DNA of 61,212 nt from an uncultured Gammaproteobacteria bacterium (GCA_964648865.1 CAZYLV010000006.1:1-61212); one strand, 5' to 3'; positions 46,680 to 57,248 are shown, counted from the stretch's first letter. Notes: generated by a model from the sequence alone, not told the origin. Program-made: numbers and translations.

Positions 46680-48026
46680 TCAGCGGCCCTGGTCCTGGTC
46701 GATGGTCGCTGAGGCGTCGCGTTCGGCCGCGGGGTCGTAGTCCGCAGCCGTCGCGATCGTCCCGCCGACGAGATAGTTGCCGAACAGCACGTCGGTGATG
46801 TCGTCGACGAGCGTCGCCCACTCGCTTCCGAAGAGGGCGGAGGCGATCTCCTCGCTGGCGATGGCGTGGAGGATGCCGCCCCGGGCGATGGCGTAGACCG
46901 TGGGCACCGTCTCGAACTTGAGCAGCCGCGTCCCCGGACGGATGCGCACGTTGGCGCCGAGCGGGATGGCCGCCATCTGGGCGATGGTGATGGTCTGGAC
47001 GCTCGAGAAGTCGGCGTACCAGGAGTGGTAGACCCGGACGTTAGGGAAGGGATGCCGCTTGCCGTCCGAACCGACGTAGTAGACGGCGCTGTCGGCGCCC
47101 GTCTCCGGATTGCGGTCATCCGGGATCTTGACCAGCGTCCCCGCGGGGAAGACGGTCGTGGATTCTGGCGTCGTGAAGGTGCCGTCCGGCGTGGTCGACT
47201 CGTTGCCGACGGCGTCCCGTGCGCGGACGCGGTAGTGGTAGGTCGAGCTCGAGGCCAAGGGGAACAGCGTCAGGCGATGCGCGCGCGCGGTGGAGGTCGA
47301 GGAGACGCTGCGGCCGTAGGTGTCGTCGAGGCCGAAGTCCACGGTCACGTCGGCGTCCTCGTCGGTGGTGAGCGTCAGGACCGCGCTGGTCAGGCCGATC
47401 TCGCCGACAGTCAGGTCGGAGACGGACGGCCCGAGGACGTCAGCCGCCGGGGTGTAGGTGACCTCCAGCGTCGGCGCGCCGGCCTGCCGCTCCCGGCTGG
47501 CGAAGGCATAGGTGAAGGCTGCGCCGGTCTCCCGGGATGCCAACGCGATGCCGTGGAACGTGGACGGTTCGGCGGCCGCCTCGGCGATGAGCGCGGTCAC
47601 GTCGAAGGCCAGGGTCGGCGTGCTCTTGGTGATCTGGGCCTGCGGCAAGGTCGAGGTCGTGGATGGACGGGTGTCCCAACTCGCGCCCGCTTCGCTCCAG
47701 GTCTCTTCGATCCGAGAGAGGTAGGCGGGGACGGATGCCGTGCCGCTCTGGTACATCTGCAGCCGCAGGGTCGCGGACTCGATGGTCCCGCCGGCCAGCG
47801 AGGAGAGGTCGAAGTCCACCAGCAACCGGCTGCGGTTCGGTGGCGTGCCGAGCACGACGAACAGCAGGTCCTGGCCGCCGAAGGCGTCGGCCGGGTAGCC
47901 TGCGTGCACGTAGGTGTCGGCGGTCGCCGTGAAGGTCGTGGTCTGGCTCTGGGCGTGCGCGCCGGCGGGCAGGAGAGCCAGGGCGAGGACGATCAGCGGC
48001 AGGAAGCGGAGACTCGGACGGGGCAT
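46680..48026 (-). CDS. Secreted protein: DNRLRE/CBM96-like, FN3-like and conserved C-terminal module
   Basis: Signal peptide, ATADTYV...SRLLVDFDL...SATLRL, FN3-like H..TL..L..SSTYHYRV, and the shared C-terminal module. Confidence 0.8.
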   Translation of the reverse strand: MPRPSLRFLPLIVLALALLPAGAHAQSQTTTFTATADTYVHAGYPADAFGGQDLLFVVLGTPPNRSRLLVDFDLSSLAGGTIESATLRLQMYQSGTASVPAYLSRIEETWSEAGASWDTRPSTTSTLPQAQITKSTPTLAFDVTALIAEAAAEPSTFHGIALASRETGAAFTYAFASRERQAGAPTLEVTYTPAADVLGPSVSDLTVGEIGLTSAVLTLTTDEDADVTVDFGLDDTYGRSVSSTSTARAHRLTLFPLASSSTYHYRVRARDAVGNESTTPDGTFTTPESTTVFPAGTLVKIPDDRNPETGADSAVYYVGSDGKRHPFPNVRVYHSWYADFSSVQTITIAQMAAIPLGANVRIRPGTRLLKFETVPTVYAIARGGILHAIASEEIASALFGSEWATLVDDITDVLFGNYLVGGTIATAADYDPAAERDASATIDQDQGR

Positions 48027-48030
48027 AGCG

Positions 48031-48069
48031 AAAAGGAAATATGCTATCCCCAGAAGGATAGCATATTTC
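48031..48069 (-). terminator. Perfect 14-bp hairpin after uvrA
   Basis: GAAATATGCTATCC-ccagaa-GGATAGCATATTTC, followed by CTTTT on the minus strand. Confidence 0.65.
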
Positions 48070-48076
48070 GGTAGGG

Positions 48077-50968
48077 TCAGAGCACCTCCTTGAGCAGTTG
48101 GCCGGTGATGGACCTCTTCTGTTTGGCGATCTCGGCCGGCGTGCCCTCGGCGATGACCTCGCCGCCTCGCGCCCCGCCTTCTGGTCCCATGTCGATGACC
48201 CAATCGGCGGCGCGGAGGACCTCCAGGTTGTGCTCGATGATCAGCACCGTGTTGCCCTTGTTGACGAGCTCATGCAGCACGCCGAGCAGCTTGCCGATGT
48301 CCTCGAAGTGCAGGCCCGTGGTCGGCTCATCCAGGATGTAGAGCGTCCGTCCGGTCGCGCGGCGGCTGAGCTCGGTGGCCAACTTCACGCGCTGGGCCTC
48401 GCCGCCGGAGAGCGTCGTGGCCGGCTGGCCGAGGCGGATGTAGCCGAGCCCCACCTCGGTGAGCAGTCCGAGCTTGTCGGCGATGCCCGGCTGGTCGGCG
48501 AAGAAGGTCTTGGCCTCGGCCACGGTCATCTCCAGGACGTCGGCGATGTTCTTGCCCTTGTAGTGGATCTCCAGCGCCTCGGCGTTGTACCGCTTGCCGT
48601 GGCACTCCTTGCACTCCATGTAGACGTCCGGCATGAACTGCATGTCGATCTCGACATAGCCCTCCCCGGCGCAGGCCTCGCAGCGCCCGCCGCCTTTGAC
48701 GTTGAAGCTGAACTTGCCGGCGTCGTACTTGCGCAGCCGTGCCTCCTGCGTCTCCGTGAAGAGGTCGCGGATGGCGGTGAAGACGCCCGTGTAGGTGGCG
48801 GGGTTGGAACGCGGCGTGCGGCCGATGGGCGTCTGGTCGATGGCGATGACCTTGTCGAGATGGTCGATGCCCTTGATGCTCTTGTGCGCGCCGGGCACGG
48901 CCTTGGCCCCGGCGTACTCGGCGCTGAGCGCCCGGGCCAGGATGTCGATGACCAGCGTCGACTTGCCCGAGCCGGAGACGCCGGCCACGCAGATGAGCTT
49001 GCCGAGCGGGAAGGTCACGTCGATGGCCTTGAGGTTGAACTCGGACGCGCCCTTCACCGTCAGCGATTTCCCGGTGCCTTTGCGGACGTTCTTCGGCGCG
49101 GGGATGCGCTTCTTGCCCGAGAGGTATGCGCCGGTGATGGATTCGGGATCCTTGGCGATGGCGGCCGGCGTGCCCTGGGCGATGATCTCGCCGCCGTATT
49201 CCCCGGCGCCCGGCCCGACGTCGATGACCCAGTCGGCGGCGCGGATGATGGCCTCGTCATGCTCCACGACGATGACCGTGTTGCCGCCGTCGCGCAGCTC
49301 CTTCATGGTCGTGATGAGCTTCTCGTTGTCGCGGCCGTGCAGCCCGATGGACGGCTCGTCCAGGATGTAGATGACGCCGGAGAGTTGGGTACCGAGCTGG
49401 GTGGCCAGGCGCACGCGCTGCGCCTCGCCGCCGGAGAGGGTCGTCGCGGCGCGGTCGAGGGTCAGGTACCCGACGCCGACGTCGAGCAGGTGCGCCAGAC
49501 GGATGCGGATCTCCTTGAGCATCTGCTTGGCGATGCGCATCTGCTCCTCGTCCAGAAGCCCGGCGATGGTCGGGGCGGCGCCGTTCTTCTTGGTGCCGTT
49601 GCCCTTGCCGTTGCCGTTCTTCTCCGCGAAGAGCGGCGTCACGTCGGTCACGGGCAAGGACACCAGGTCGGCGATGCCGAAGGGGCCGATGCGCACCGCG
49701 AGCGCCTCCGGCTTGAGGCGCTTGCCCGCGCAGGACGGGCACTCCAGGACGCGCATGTAGCTCTCGATCTCCTTCCGCAGGTAATCCGAATCCGTCTCTT
49801 TGAACTTCTGTTCCAACCCCGGGATCACGCCTTCGTACGTCAGCGTCTTGGCGCCGACCGCGTACTCCTCCTCGCCGGTGCCGTAGAGCACCGTCTTGAG
49901 CGCGGCGGGAGTGAGGTCGCCGGCCGGTTCGTCCACGGAGAAGCCGTGCGCGGCGCCGACGGCCCTGAGCAGTTCGATCTGCGCCGACTGGTTGCCGGCG
50001 ATGCGCGTCCAGGGCTTGATGGCGCCCTGGGCGATGGTCAACCGCGGATTGGGGATGACGAGCGAGGGTTCGACCTTGAGCGTCGAGCCGAGGCCTGAGC
50101 ACTCGGCGCAGGCGCCGTGCGGGCTGTTGAAGGAGAAGAGCCGCGGCTCGAGCGGAGGTAGCGAGCGGCCGCAGGTCCGGCAGGCGTACTCCTCGGAGAG
50201 CAGCTGGTCCTCGCTGCCGGTACGCGAGAGGATGAGCAGCCCGTTGCCGAGGTCGAGCCCTTTGGTCACGGCCTTCTTGATCTCTTCGGGCTTGGTGGCG
50301 CTGCCGCGAGGCAGGCGCAGCGTGAGGACCGCGATGGTGTGCTTCTTCTGCTTGTCGAGGCGGCGGTCGAGGGCCTCCTCGATGGGGATGAATTCGCCGT
50401 CGAGCCGTACCTCCTTGTAGCCGGCCTTCTCGAGCTCGGCGAGCGCATGACGGTGCTCGCCGCGGGCGTCGCGCACGATCGGCGCGAAGACCAGCGCGTC
50501 GGCCTTGTCGCCGGCCGCGCGGATGACGTCGGTGATCTCGTCCTGGCTCTGGCGCACGGCAGGCGTCCCGCACTGCGGGCAGTGCGGCGTGCCCGTCCGT
50601 GCGAAGAGCAGCCGCAGGTGGTCGTAGATCTCGGTGATGGTGCCGACCGTGGAGCGCGGGTTCTGGGAGACGGTGCGCTGGTCGATGGCGATGGTCGGGG
50701 AGAGGCCGGTGATCTCGTCGACGTCCGGGCGGCTCTGCAGCTCCAGGAACTGCCGGGCGTAGGAGGAGAGCGACTCCATGTAGCGGCGCTGTCCCTCGGC
50801 GAAGATGGTGTCGAAGGCCAACGAGGACTTGCCGGAGCCGGACAGTCCGGTGATCACCACCAGCGCCCCCTTGGGGATGTCCACCGAGACGTTCTTGAGA
50901 TTATGGACGCGCGCACCGCGCACCACGATGGCCTCGTTGCGTGCGTTGCGGGGTGCGGAAGCGGGCAT
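48077..50968 (-). CDS. uvrA: Excinuclease ABC subunit A
   Basis: [23 protein letters not shown], zinc fingers, two LSGGEAQR signatures and GVSGSGKST. Confidence 0.98.
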   Translation of the reverse strand: MPASAPRNARNEAIVVRGARVHNLKNVSVDIPKGALVVITGLSGSGKSSLAFDTIFAEGQRRYMESLSSYARQFLELQSRPDVDEITGLSPTIAIDQRTVSQNPRSTVGTITEIYDHLRLLFARTGTPHCPQCGTPAVRQSQDEITDVIRAAGDKADALVFAPIVRDARGEHRHALAELEKAGYKEVRLDGEFIPIEEALDRRLDKQKKHTIAVLTLRLPRGSATKPEEIKKAVTKGLDLGNGLLILSRTGSEDQLLSEEYACRTCGRSLPPLEPRLFSFNSPHGACAECSGLGSTLKVEPSLVIPNPRLTIAQGAIKPWTRIAGNQSAQIELLRAVGAAHGFSVDEPAGDLTPAALKTVLYGTGEEEYAVGAKTLTYEGVIPGLEQKFKETDSDYLRKEIESYMRVLECPSCAGKRLKPEALAVRIGPFGIADLVSLPVTDVTPLFAEKNGNGKGNGTKKNGAAPTIAGLLDEEQMRIAKQMLKEIRIRLAHLLDVGVGYLTLDRAATTLSGGEAQRVRLATQLGTQLSGVIYILDEPSIGLHGRDNEKLITTMKELRDGGNTVIVVEHDEAIIRAADWVIDVGPGAGEYGGEIIAQGTPAAIAKDPESITGAYLSGKKRIPAPKNVRKGTGKSLTVKGASEFNLKAIDVTFPLGKLICVAGVSGSGKSTLVIDILARALSAEYAGAKAVPGAHKSIKGIDHLDKVIAIDQTPIGRTPRSNPATYTGVFTAIRDLFTETQEARLRKYDAGKFSFNVKGGGRCEACAGEGYVEIDMQFMPDVYMECKECHGKRYNAEALEIHYKGKNIADVLEMTVAEAKTFFADQPGIADKLGLLTEVGLGYIRLGQPATTLSGGEAQRVKLATELSRRATGRTLYILDEPTTGLHFEDIGKLLGVLHELVNKGNTVLIIEHNLEVLRAADWVIDMGPEGGARGGEVIAEGTPAEIAKQKRSITGQLLKEVL

Positions 50969-51045
50969 GGGCGAGACGGCCAAAAACAATCGCACGGCAG
51001 CATACATGCGCCGTGCGCCGTTGGCAAGTGTGCCGGGGTGGCCCG

Positions 51046-52476
51046 TCAGGAACCGCCGCCGGAGGGGGCCGGGCCTTCCATGCAGTCCCAGGCGTCGCCG
51101 GCGAATGTCGAGCCGAAGGTGCCGACGTTGCGGACGCCGTGGCAGCCGCCGGAGACGCCGCACGGGTTCATCTGGCAGAATTCGCCGAAGCGCTCCTGGT
51201 CCCGGTCGTTGCCATGGCCGAAGGCCTCGAGTCGGATGTCCTCGTCGCCGTGGGTGACGATGAGGGCGGCGTCGTACTCCCCGCAGCGGTCGACGCGCCC
51301 TCCGTCCTCGCCGCCCGTCGCGCAGTTCACGTGGACGAGCGCGCAGACGTCGTTGCCGATGTCGAATTCGCCGCCCTCGGAGAGGATGCAGGTGTTATGG
51401 GCGTCACCGCGGTCGGGCGGCGTGAACCGGTCGCAGGCCTCATCGCTCTCGGCCAGGCCCCACGCGCCCAGCTCGTTGTCCGTGACGCTGCCGCATTGCA
51501 CGCATCCCCAGCCGGCGCTGCCGCGGCGGATGCAGGTCTCTTCCGGCCGGCTGCAGACCCCCCAGGTGCACGTCGGCGTGGCCACCTGCGTGTCGCCTCG
51601 TGCCGTGACCGTGCCGTCCTCGCCGCAGCGGCCGGTCGCCGGTGACACGTTGAACTGCGAGCGGTCGAGGTCCTCGCAGCGGTTGGTCAACGCCTCAGCG
51701 CGCTGGATGGGCGGGATGGTCAGGTTCCGCAGCTGCACGAGCTGCGGATTGATGGTGTTGAGGATGGTGTAGGAGCCGAGCGCCAACACAAGCCCCACGA
51801 TGGCGTTGGTGATGCGGCTCTTGGCGACGCCGATGGCCGAGGCGTTGCCGCGGGCCACGAGGTACTGGAAGCCGCCGACGACGACCATGACCATGGAGAG
51901 CGTCACGGCCACGCCGATGGCCCAGTTGTAGACGGCCGCGATGTACTGGGCGATGGTCTCGGCGCGGACCAGGCCGCCGATGGCGACCGAAAGGTCCACG
52001 GGGCCGACCTGCGGCGGAGGCGGCGCTTCGCCTCCCGAAGTCGCCGGGCCGCCGGTCGGCGCCGTGCCGCCGGTGGCGGTCACCGTGACCACGGAGCTCT
52101 GCGTGATCTGCCGGCCGTCGAGGAGGATGCGGGCGTAGAAATTGTTGGCGCCCGGCTCCCGCACCGCGGTCTCCCGGAAGTCGAAGGTGTCGTCGGTGAC
52201 GTCGCGCAGGTCGGTCGTCAACGGCCGTTCGCGTTCCCGGACGATGGTGTCCGTGCTGCCGACGGTGTTGTGGACCTCGAAGCGCAGCGTCGTGCCGCCC
52301 TCGCAGGTCTCGTTCCAGCGGTAGCGCAGCCGGAAGAGGCTCGAACCGCCGACCTCGATTTCCGCCGGCTCCACGCCGAAGGTCACGACGCCGCCCACCT
52401 CGCTGCACGGTCGCGCCCAGACGGGCGCGGGCGCGAGCAGGAGGACGGCCGCGAGGAACACGATGAGGTGCCGCAT
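51046..52476 (-). CDS. CPR-type pilin (T4SS_pilin-like two-TM unit) with N-terminal beta domain and Cys-rich C-terminus
   Basis: [11 protein letters not shown]...[11 protein letters not shown]...[24 protein letters not shown], plus a signal peptide. Confidence 0.8.
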   Translation of the reverse strand: MRHLIVFLAAVLLLAPAPVWARPCSEVGGVVTFGVEPAEIEVGGSSLFRLRYRWNETCEGGTTLRFEVHNTVGSTDTIVRERERPLTTDLRDVTDDTFDFRETAVREPGANNFYARILLDGRQITQSSVVTVTATGGTAPTGGPATSGGEAPPPPQVGPVDLSVAIGGLVRAETIAQYIAAVYNWAIGVAVTLSMVMVVVGGFQYLVARGNASAIGVAKSRITNAIVGLVLALGSYTILNTINPQLVQLRNLTIPPIQRAEALTNRCEDLDRSQFNVSPATGRCGEDGTVTARGDTQVATPTCTWGVCSRPEETCIRRGSAGWGCVQCGSVTDNELGAWGLAESDEACDRFTPPDRGDAHNTCILSEGGEFDIGNDVCALVHVNCATGGEDGGRVDRCGEYDAALIVTHGDEDIRLEAFGHGNDRDQERFGEFCQMNPCGVSGGCHGVRNVGTFGSTFAGDAWDCMEGPAPSGGGS

Positions 52477-52479
52477 AGC

Positions 52480-53220
52480 TCAGGCGCCTTGGATGAGCTG
52501 CGCGACGAGGTCGCGCAGGGCCGGGTAGGGGATGGCGCCTTCGACGCGTGCGCCGTTGATGAAGAAGGTCGGCGTGCCGCGCACCCCGGCGGCGATGCCG
52601 TCCGTGATGTCGCGGTCGATTTCCGTGCCGGTGGCGGCGTCCGCCATGCAGCCCTCGAAGGCCGCGGCATCCAGTCCGATCTGCTGCGCGTAGAAGCGCA
52701 GGTCGTGGTCGCGCAGCGCCGTGGCGTTCTGGTAGAGCTTGTCGTGCATCTGGTGGAACTTGCCCTGCGCGGCCGCGCAGTTGGCGGCGCGCGCCGCGGC
52801 GCGGGCCCGCGTGTGGATGGCGTCGAGCGGGAAGTCGCGGTAGACGAGGCGCACCTGTCCCGGGAATTCCGAGAGCACCTGGCGCACGGAGGTGAAGGCC
52901 TCCCGCGAGTAGGGGCATTCGAAGTCGGCGAACTCCACGATGGTCACCGTCGCCTCGGCCGGGCCGATGGTCGGGTCGTCGGCCGTGGCGACGTCGGCGA
53001 CCGGCGCGCTCGGCGTCTCGCGGACGTTGCCCAGCGTCAGCCGTTCGGTGTATTGGGGGAGGGACACGGCGGCGCCGCTCGTCAGCAGCCGGTAATAGAA
53101 GAACACGCGCCACAGGAACAGCAACAGGAGCACCGCCACGATGGCGGCGATCGCCATGCCGACGATGGCCAGCGGATGGCGTCCGCGCGGAGTGCTGGCT
53201 TGCGGCGTCGCGTCGTCCAT
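52480..53220 (-). CDS. DsbA-family thioredoxin-fold protein (CPYS active site)
   Basis: GP.EA.VTIVEFADFECPYS, RDFPL and G.RGTPTFFING motifs; N-terminal TM. Confidence 0.9.
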   Translation of the reverse strand: MDDATPQASTPRGRHPLAIVGMAIAAIVAVLLLLFLWRVFFYYRLLTSGAAVSLPQYTERLTLGNVRETPSAPVADVATADDPTIGPAEATVTIVEFADFECPYSREAFTSVRQVLSEFPGQVRLVYRDFPLDAIHTRARAAARAANCAAAQGKFHQMHDKLYQNATALRDHDLRFYAQQIGLDAAAFEGCMADAATGTEIDRDITDGIAAGVRGTPTFFINGARVEGAIPYPALRDLVAQLIQGA

Positions 53221-53282
53221 AGTCCCGAGCAGTATAACATTGACCCGTGCGTCGGGTCATGGTAGCGTCGGGGGGTTCCCCT

Positions 53283-53504
53283 ATGATGCAGACCGTCTTT
53301 TCCGTAGTGCTGATCGTGCTCTCCGTGCTGCTCACCGGCGCGGTCCTGCTGCAGGCCCGCGGCGCGGGCTTGGGCGCGGCCTTCGGCGGCGAGGGCAATG
53401 TCTTCCGCACCAAGCGTGGCGTCGAGCAGGTGCTCTTCCGCGCCACCGTCATCCTGTCCATCCTCTTCTTCGGCACGGCTCTCGCCAGCGCGATCCTCTC
53501 CTGA
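53283..53504 (+). CDS. secG: Preprotein translocase subunit SecG
   Basis: VLLQ.RGAGLG.AFGG...RTKRG.E..L motif; two TMs. Confidence 0.92.
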   Translation: MMQTVFSVVLIVLSVLLTGAVLLQARGAGLGAAFGGEGNVFRTKRGVEQVLFRATVILSILFFGTALASAILS

Positions 53505-53519
53505 TCGCGCCCTTCCCGT

Positions 53520-55331
53520 GTGGCTTTGACCGATCGCTTCCGGCCGCGCCGTCCCGCACCGTCGGGCGCGCGCGACGACCTCAACAGACGGCTCTTGAGC
53601 CGGCTCTCGGCGCGCCGCGTGCCCACGTGGCGTCAGTTGCGGTACCTGCGCGCCGTGCTCGGCCCCGTCGAGCGCCGCGTCGCGCTGGGGCTCATCGCCG
53701 TCATCGCCGTCTCGCTCGGCGTCATGGGCGTGCGCGTCTGGCAGGAGCACGTCGTCTCGGTGCCGGCACGCGGCGGCGAGTACATCGAGGGCGTCGTCGG
53801 CGCGCCGACCTACATCAATCCGCTCTACGCCGGCGCCAACGAGGTCGACCTCGACCTGACGCGGCTGGTCTACAGCGGGCTGATGCGCATGACGCCCGAA
53901 GGCACTGTCGTCCCCGACCTTGCGGAGACCGTCGAGGTCAGCGAGGACGGCAAGACGGTGACTGCGCAGCTCCGCGGCGGCCTGCGCTTCCACGACGGGA
54001 TCGCGTTGACCGCAGATGACGTGCTGTTCACGTTCGAGGCCATCAAGAATCCGTCCTACAAGAGCCCCTACGCGCCGACCTTCCGCGGGGTGACCGTGGC
54101 CGCGGCGGACGAGCGCACGGTGACCTTCACGCTCACCGAGCCCTACGCGCCGTTCCTGACCGCGCTGACCGTGGGCATCCTGCCCGCGCACCTCTGGCGC
54201 GACATCCCGCCGCAGACCGCGCACCTCGCCGAGTTCAACCATAAGCCGGTCGGCAGCGGGCCGTACCGCTTCAAGGCCTTCGCCCGCGACAAGGACGGCG
54301 CCATCCGCAGCTATACCCTGGAGCGTTTCGCCGAGGCCACGTCGCCGCCGTTCGTCGGACGGCTGGCGTTCCGCTTCTATCCCGACTTCGAGTCCGCCGC
54401 CGAGGCCTTCCGCCTCCGGCAGATCGACGGCCTGGGCTTCCCGCCGGCGACGCTGCGCGAGCGTCTCCGCGGCCGGCTCGACGCCCGCGAGTACCAATTG
54501 GCGCTGCCGCAGTACACGGCGTTGTTCTTCAACCAGAAGCGCGCCGAACCGCTCAAGGACGCCAAGGTGCGCGAGGCCCTGACCCTCGGCATCGACCGCG
54601 AGCTGCTCATCCGCGAGGTCCTGGCCGGCGCCGGGGAGCTCGTCGACGGTCCGGTCTTCGCGGGTTTCGCCGGCGTCACCTCCACGCCGCCCCGCCCGGC
54701 GCTGGACCCGGCGCGCGCCGCGGCGCTGCTCGACGAGGCCGGATGGACGCTGCCCGAGGGCGAGACGCAGCGGGCCAAGCTCGCCAAGGACAGCCGCGGC
54801 CGCGTCACGGCCACGACCAGCTTGTCGGTCACGCTCGTCACCGTGCAGGCCGAGGAGACGAGCCTCGCCGCCGCGCGCGTGGCCGAGGCCTGGCGCGCGC
54901 TCGGGGTCGGCGTCACGGTGGAGGAGGTGCCCGCGGCGCGCCTGCAGCGCGAGGTGCTCCGCCCGCACGCCTACGACGTGCTGCTCTACGGCCAGATCCT
55001 CGGCAAGGATCCGGACCCCTTCCCGTTCTGGCACAGTTCGCAGGCCGCGGAAGGCGGCCTCAACCTGGCGCTCTACGCCAACCGCAACGCCGACGCCCTG
55101 CTCGAGGAGGCCCGCACCGAGCAGGACCCGGAGCTGCGCGGCGCGCTCTACACGCAGTTCGCGACGCTGTTGTCCAAGGAATACGCCGCCGTCTTCCTCT
55201 ATCGGCCGTTGTATCCGTACTTCGTCACCGCCGCGGTCAAAGGCATCCATGCCGACGAGGTGGCCGTGCCGGCGGACCGCTTCGCGGGGGTCAGCGATTG
55301 GTACATCAAGACGCGCAAAGGGTGGAGGTAG
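53520..55331 (+). CDS. ABC transporter substrate-binding protein, family 5 (OppA/DppA-like), membrane-anchored
   Basis: LVYSGL, PDLAE, RFHDG..LTADDV.FT, GSGPYRF and VREAL...IDR motifs. Confidence 0.9.
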   Translation: MALTDRFRPRRPAPSGARDDLNRRLLSRLSARRVPTWRQLRYLRAVLGPVERRVALGLIAVIAVSLGVMGVRVWQEHVVSVPARGGEYIEGVVGAPTYINPLYAGANEVDLDLTRLVYSGLMRMTPEGTVVPDLAETVEVSEDGKTVTAQLRGGLRFHDGIALTADDVLFTFEAIKNPSYKSPYAPTFRGVTVAAADERTVTFTLTEPYAPFLTALTVGILPAHLWRDIPPQTAHLAEFNHKPVGSGPYRFKAFARDKDGAIRSYTLERFAEATSPPFVGRLAFRFYPDFESAAEAFRLRQIDGLGFPPATLRERLRGRLDAREYQLALPQYTALFFNQKRAEPLKDAKVREALTLGIDRELLIREVLAGAGELVDGPVFAGFAGVTSTPPRPALDPARAAALLDEAGWTLPEGETQRAKLAKDSRGRVTATTSLSVTLVTVQAEETSLAAARVAEAWRALGVGVTVEEVPAARLQREVLRPHAYDVLLYGQILGKDPDPFPFWHSSQAAEGGLNLALYANRNADALLEEARTEQDPELRGALYTQFATLLSKEYAAVFLYRPLYPYFVTAAVKGIHADEVAVPADRFAGVSDWYIKTRKGWR

Positions 55332-55502
55332 GCGACGACGGGCGCGCGCCCTTCGGGGCCGCGGTCCGTCCGCGCTGCCGCAGCGGACGTCCGCTGCGCT
55401 CGGCCGACACGGTGGTCGGCCTGCGCGAGCCCCTCAGGCCGCGCGCCCGCCGTCAGTGGGGGTTGTCTGGAAGGGCGGGGCGTGGTACAACAGCGGACCT
55501 AC

Positions 55503-55589
55503 GGGCGAGTGGCGGAACTGGCAGACGCACTAGCTTCAGGAGCTAGCGGGCGCAAGCTCATGCGGGTTCGACTCCCGCCTCGCCCACCA
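55503..55589 (+). tRNA. tRNA-Leu (CAG)
   Basis: CTAGC-ttCAGga-GCTAG anticodon arm, long variable arm and encoded CCA; serves as the integration target. Confidence 0.96.
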
Positions 55590-57122
55590 AACAGGAAATG
55601 TCAAATTTTTCGGCGGCGGCGAACTGGCTGGCTCGTCCCGCCGCCCCTCGGGGCGAGCCAGAAATTCAGCGACAAAATCGTACGGCGACACAAAATCCCA
55701 GTCCGCACATTTGCCCGCAATGCGGCGGTTCGTTCCAATTTTTCTCACCAATTGCGAAATCTCCATGAGAGATTTCGCCGAGGCGATTTTTCCCGCTTGA
55801 ATCAAGGTATTTACGAAGTCCCGCGTTGGTTCGATCCAGCCGCTCATCCGCTTTTGTCCAAGAGTCATTTTCTCACCTTTCAGGGTGATTTTTTGTTCCA
55901 CCAGTTCTTCTTTTTTGCGCTTGTAGGTATCTTCGTCAATAAAGCCGTCAAGATAACCCTCAAGCAGTTTGTCCAGCTTTTCCTGCACCACAGTCATTTT
56001 CTGATTTACCTCTTGGACAAAAGCGTCCGCTGATTGGGCCTGCTTCTTTTCTTCATCTTCCAAATATACCAACATTTCGCTCGCCCAATCAGCGGGCAAA
56101 GCAATTGTTTGCGCTTTCTCTACCATCTGCCGCGCAAGCTCTTGTTCTTGGATGTAGGGTGCGGCGCAATGGCCTTGCTTTCTGGTACAGCGGTAGTATC
56201 TATACAGTCCGCCATTTCCTCGCGCAAACTGCGCCGTGAACATTGCGCCGCAAGTGCAGTGAAACAGTCCGCAAAAAGGAAAATCATGCTTTTGTCTGCT
56301 CTTGCGCGGTTTGCCTCGTTCTTTCAACACTTCCTGCGCCCGCGCAAATAATTGCTTTGAGATGAGCGGCTGGTATTTGCCTTCAAACGGCTCGTCTTTC
56401 CAGCGCATAATGCCGATGTAGAGTTCATTGGTGAGGATGTGATACATGGCAGAATTGGAACGCGGTTTCCCTGTTTCGCTTTTCACGCCAAACTCGGCGA
56501 GGCGATGGGCAATGCTGGTAAGCCCATGATTGCCAGTCGCAAACTCCTCAAAAACCTTCTGCACTGCTTTGGCTTCTTTTGGTTCTGGCACAATATTCCG
56601 CAGTCGGTGGTCATATACATAGCCCAGCGGTTTTTGTCCGGGCCATTCGCCTCGCCGCAGTTTGGCGCGATTCCCTCGCCGAACATTTTCGGACAGATTG
56701 TCCACGTAATATTTCGCGTTAGAGAGAGCAATGGATAAAAAGAACTTGCCTGATGGCGTATTCTCAAATGCGAAGGTAGGAAATTTTAGACCTGCCAATT
56801 TCCCAGTATCCAGTAGGTAAATGATCCTTCCGCCATCAACTGAATTTCTGGACAATCTGTCCGGGTTCCACGCCAGAATACCAATTTGATGAGGAAGACC
56901 GCCCTCAATTTTATCGAGCAGGGCGTTAAACACTTCTCGCCCTGGGACTTTGGCAGTTTGCTTTTCAATGAAGGTATCGATCACCTCAAGTCCCTCGCGT
57001 TCGGCAAACTCTTTTGCCTCATGCAGTTGCGCTTCCAAACTTAACACTTGGCGGTCTTCCTCATCCGTGCTTTTGCGGATGTAGAGAAAGTATTTTGTAG
57101 GTTGTGGTATTGGATTATTCAT
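55536..57122 (-). CDS. Large serine recombinase (resolvase, recombinase, zinc ribbon and coiled-coil domains)
   Basis: YIRKST.EED.Q..SL..Q, PDRLSRN, LSENVRRG...K..RGEW.G..PLGY, YIG, CTCG and YYRCT motifs. The ORF ends antisense inside tRNA-Leu. Confidence 0.95.
   Translation of the reverse strand: MNNPIPQPTKYFLYIRKSTDEEDRQVLSLEAQLHEAKEFAEREGLEVIDTFIEKQTAKVPGREVFNALLDKIEGGLPHQIGILAWNPDRLSRNSVDGGRIIYLLDTGKLAGLKFPTFAFENTPSGKFFLSIALSNAKYYVDNLSENVRRGNRAKLRRGEWPGQKPLGYVYDHRLRNIVPEPKEAKAVQKVFEEFATGNHGLTSIAHRLAEFGVKSETGKPRSNSAMYHILTNELYIGIMRWKDEPFEGKYQPLISKQLFARAQEVLKERGKPRKSRQKHDFPFCGLFHCTCGAMFTAQFARGNGGLYRYYRCTRKQGHCAAPYIQEQELARQMVEKAQTIALPADWASEMLVYLEDEEKKQAQSADAFVQEVNQKMTVVQEKLDKLLEGYLDGFIDEDTYKRKKEELVEQKITLKGEKMTLGQKRMSGWIEPTRDFVNTLIQAGKIASAKSLMEISQLVRKIGTNRRIAGKCADWDFVSPYDFVAEFLARPEGRRDEPASSPPPKNLTFPVWWARRESNPHELAPASS
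55584..55732 (+). repeat. Inverted repeat A, copy 1 (149 bp)
   Basis: Reverse complement of 57249-57397; identical by eye. Confidence 0.92.
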
Positions 57123-57248
57123 AAATTTTGGCGTGGAATAATGATTAATGTTCGGCGAGGGGGAAAAAATCGCCTCGATTCCGCCGAAGGCGGAATAATT
57201 GGTGAGAAAAATTGGAATGAGCTTTGCTCATCAATCGCTTCGCGATTG

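Noticed and set aside
12349-55250. Very long opposite-strand or alternative-frame ORFs in the track (e.g. 12349-14703+, 16284-18761+, 30067-32424+, 44292-46712+, 48098-50098+, 53082-55250-)
   Set aside because: These are antisense shadows of real genes, expected in high-GC DNA where stops are rare; the translations are Arg/Gly/Ala-rich with no motifs.
55380-55397. Perfect 18-bp palindrome GCAGCGGACGTCCGCTGC upstream of tRNA-Leu
   Set aside because: Single copy in very GC-rich intergenic DNA; probably part of the oppA terminator region.
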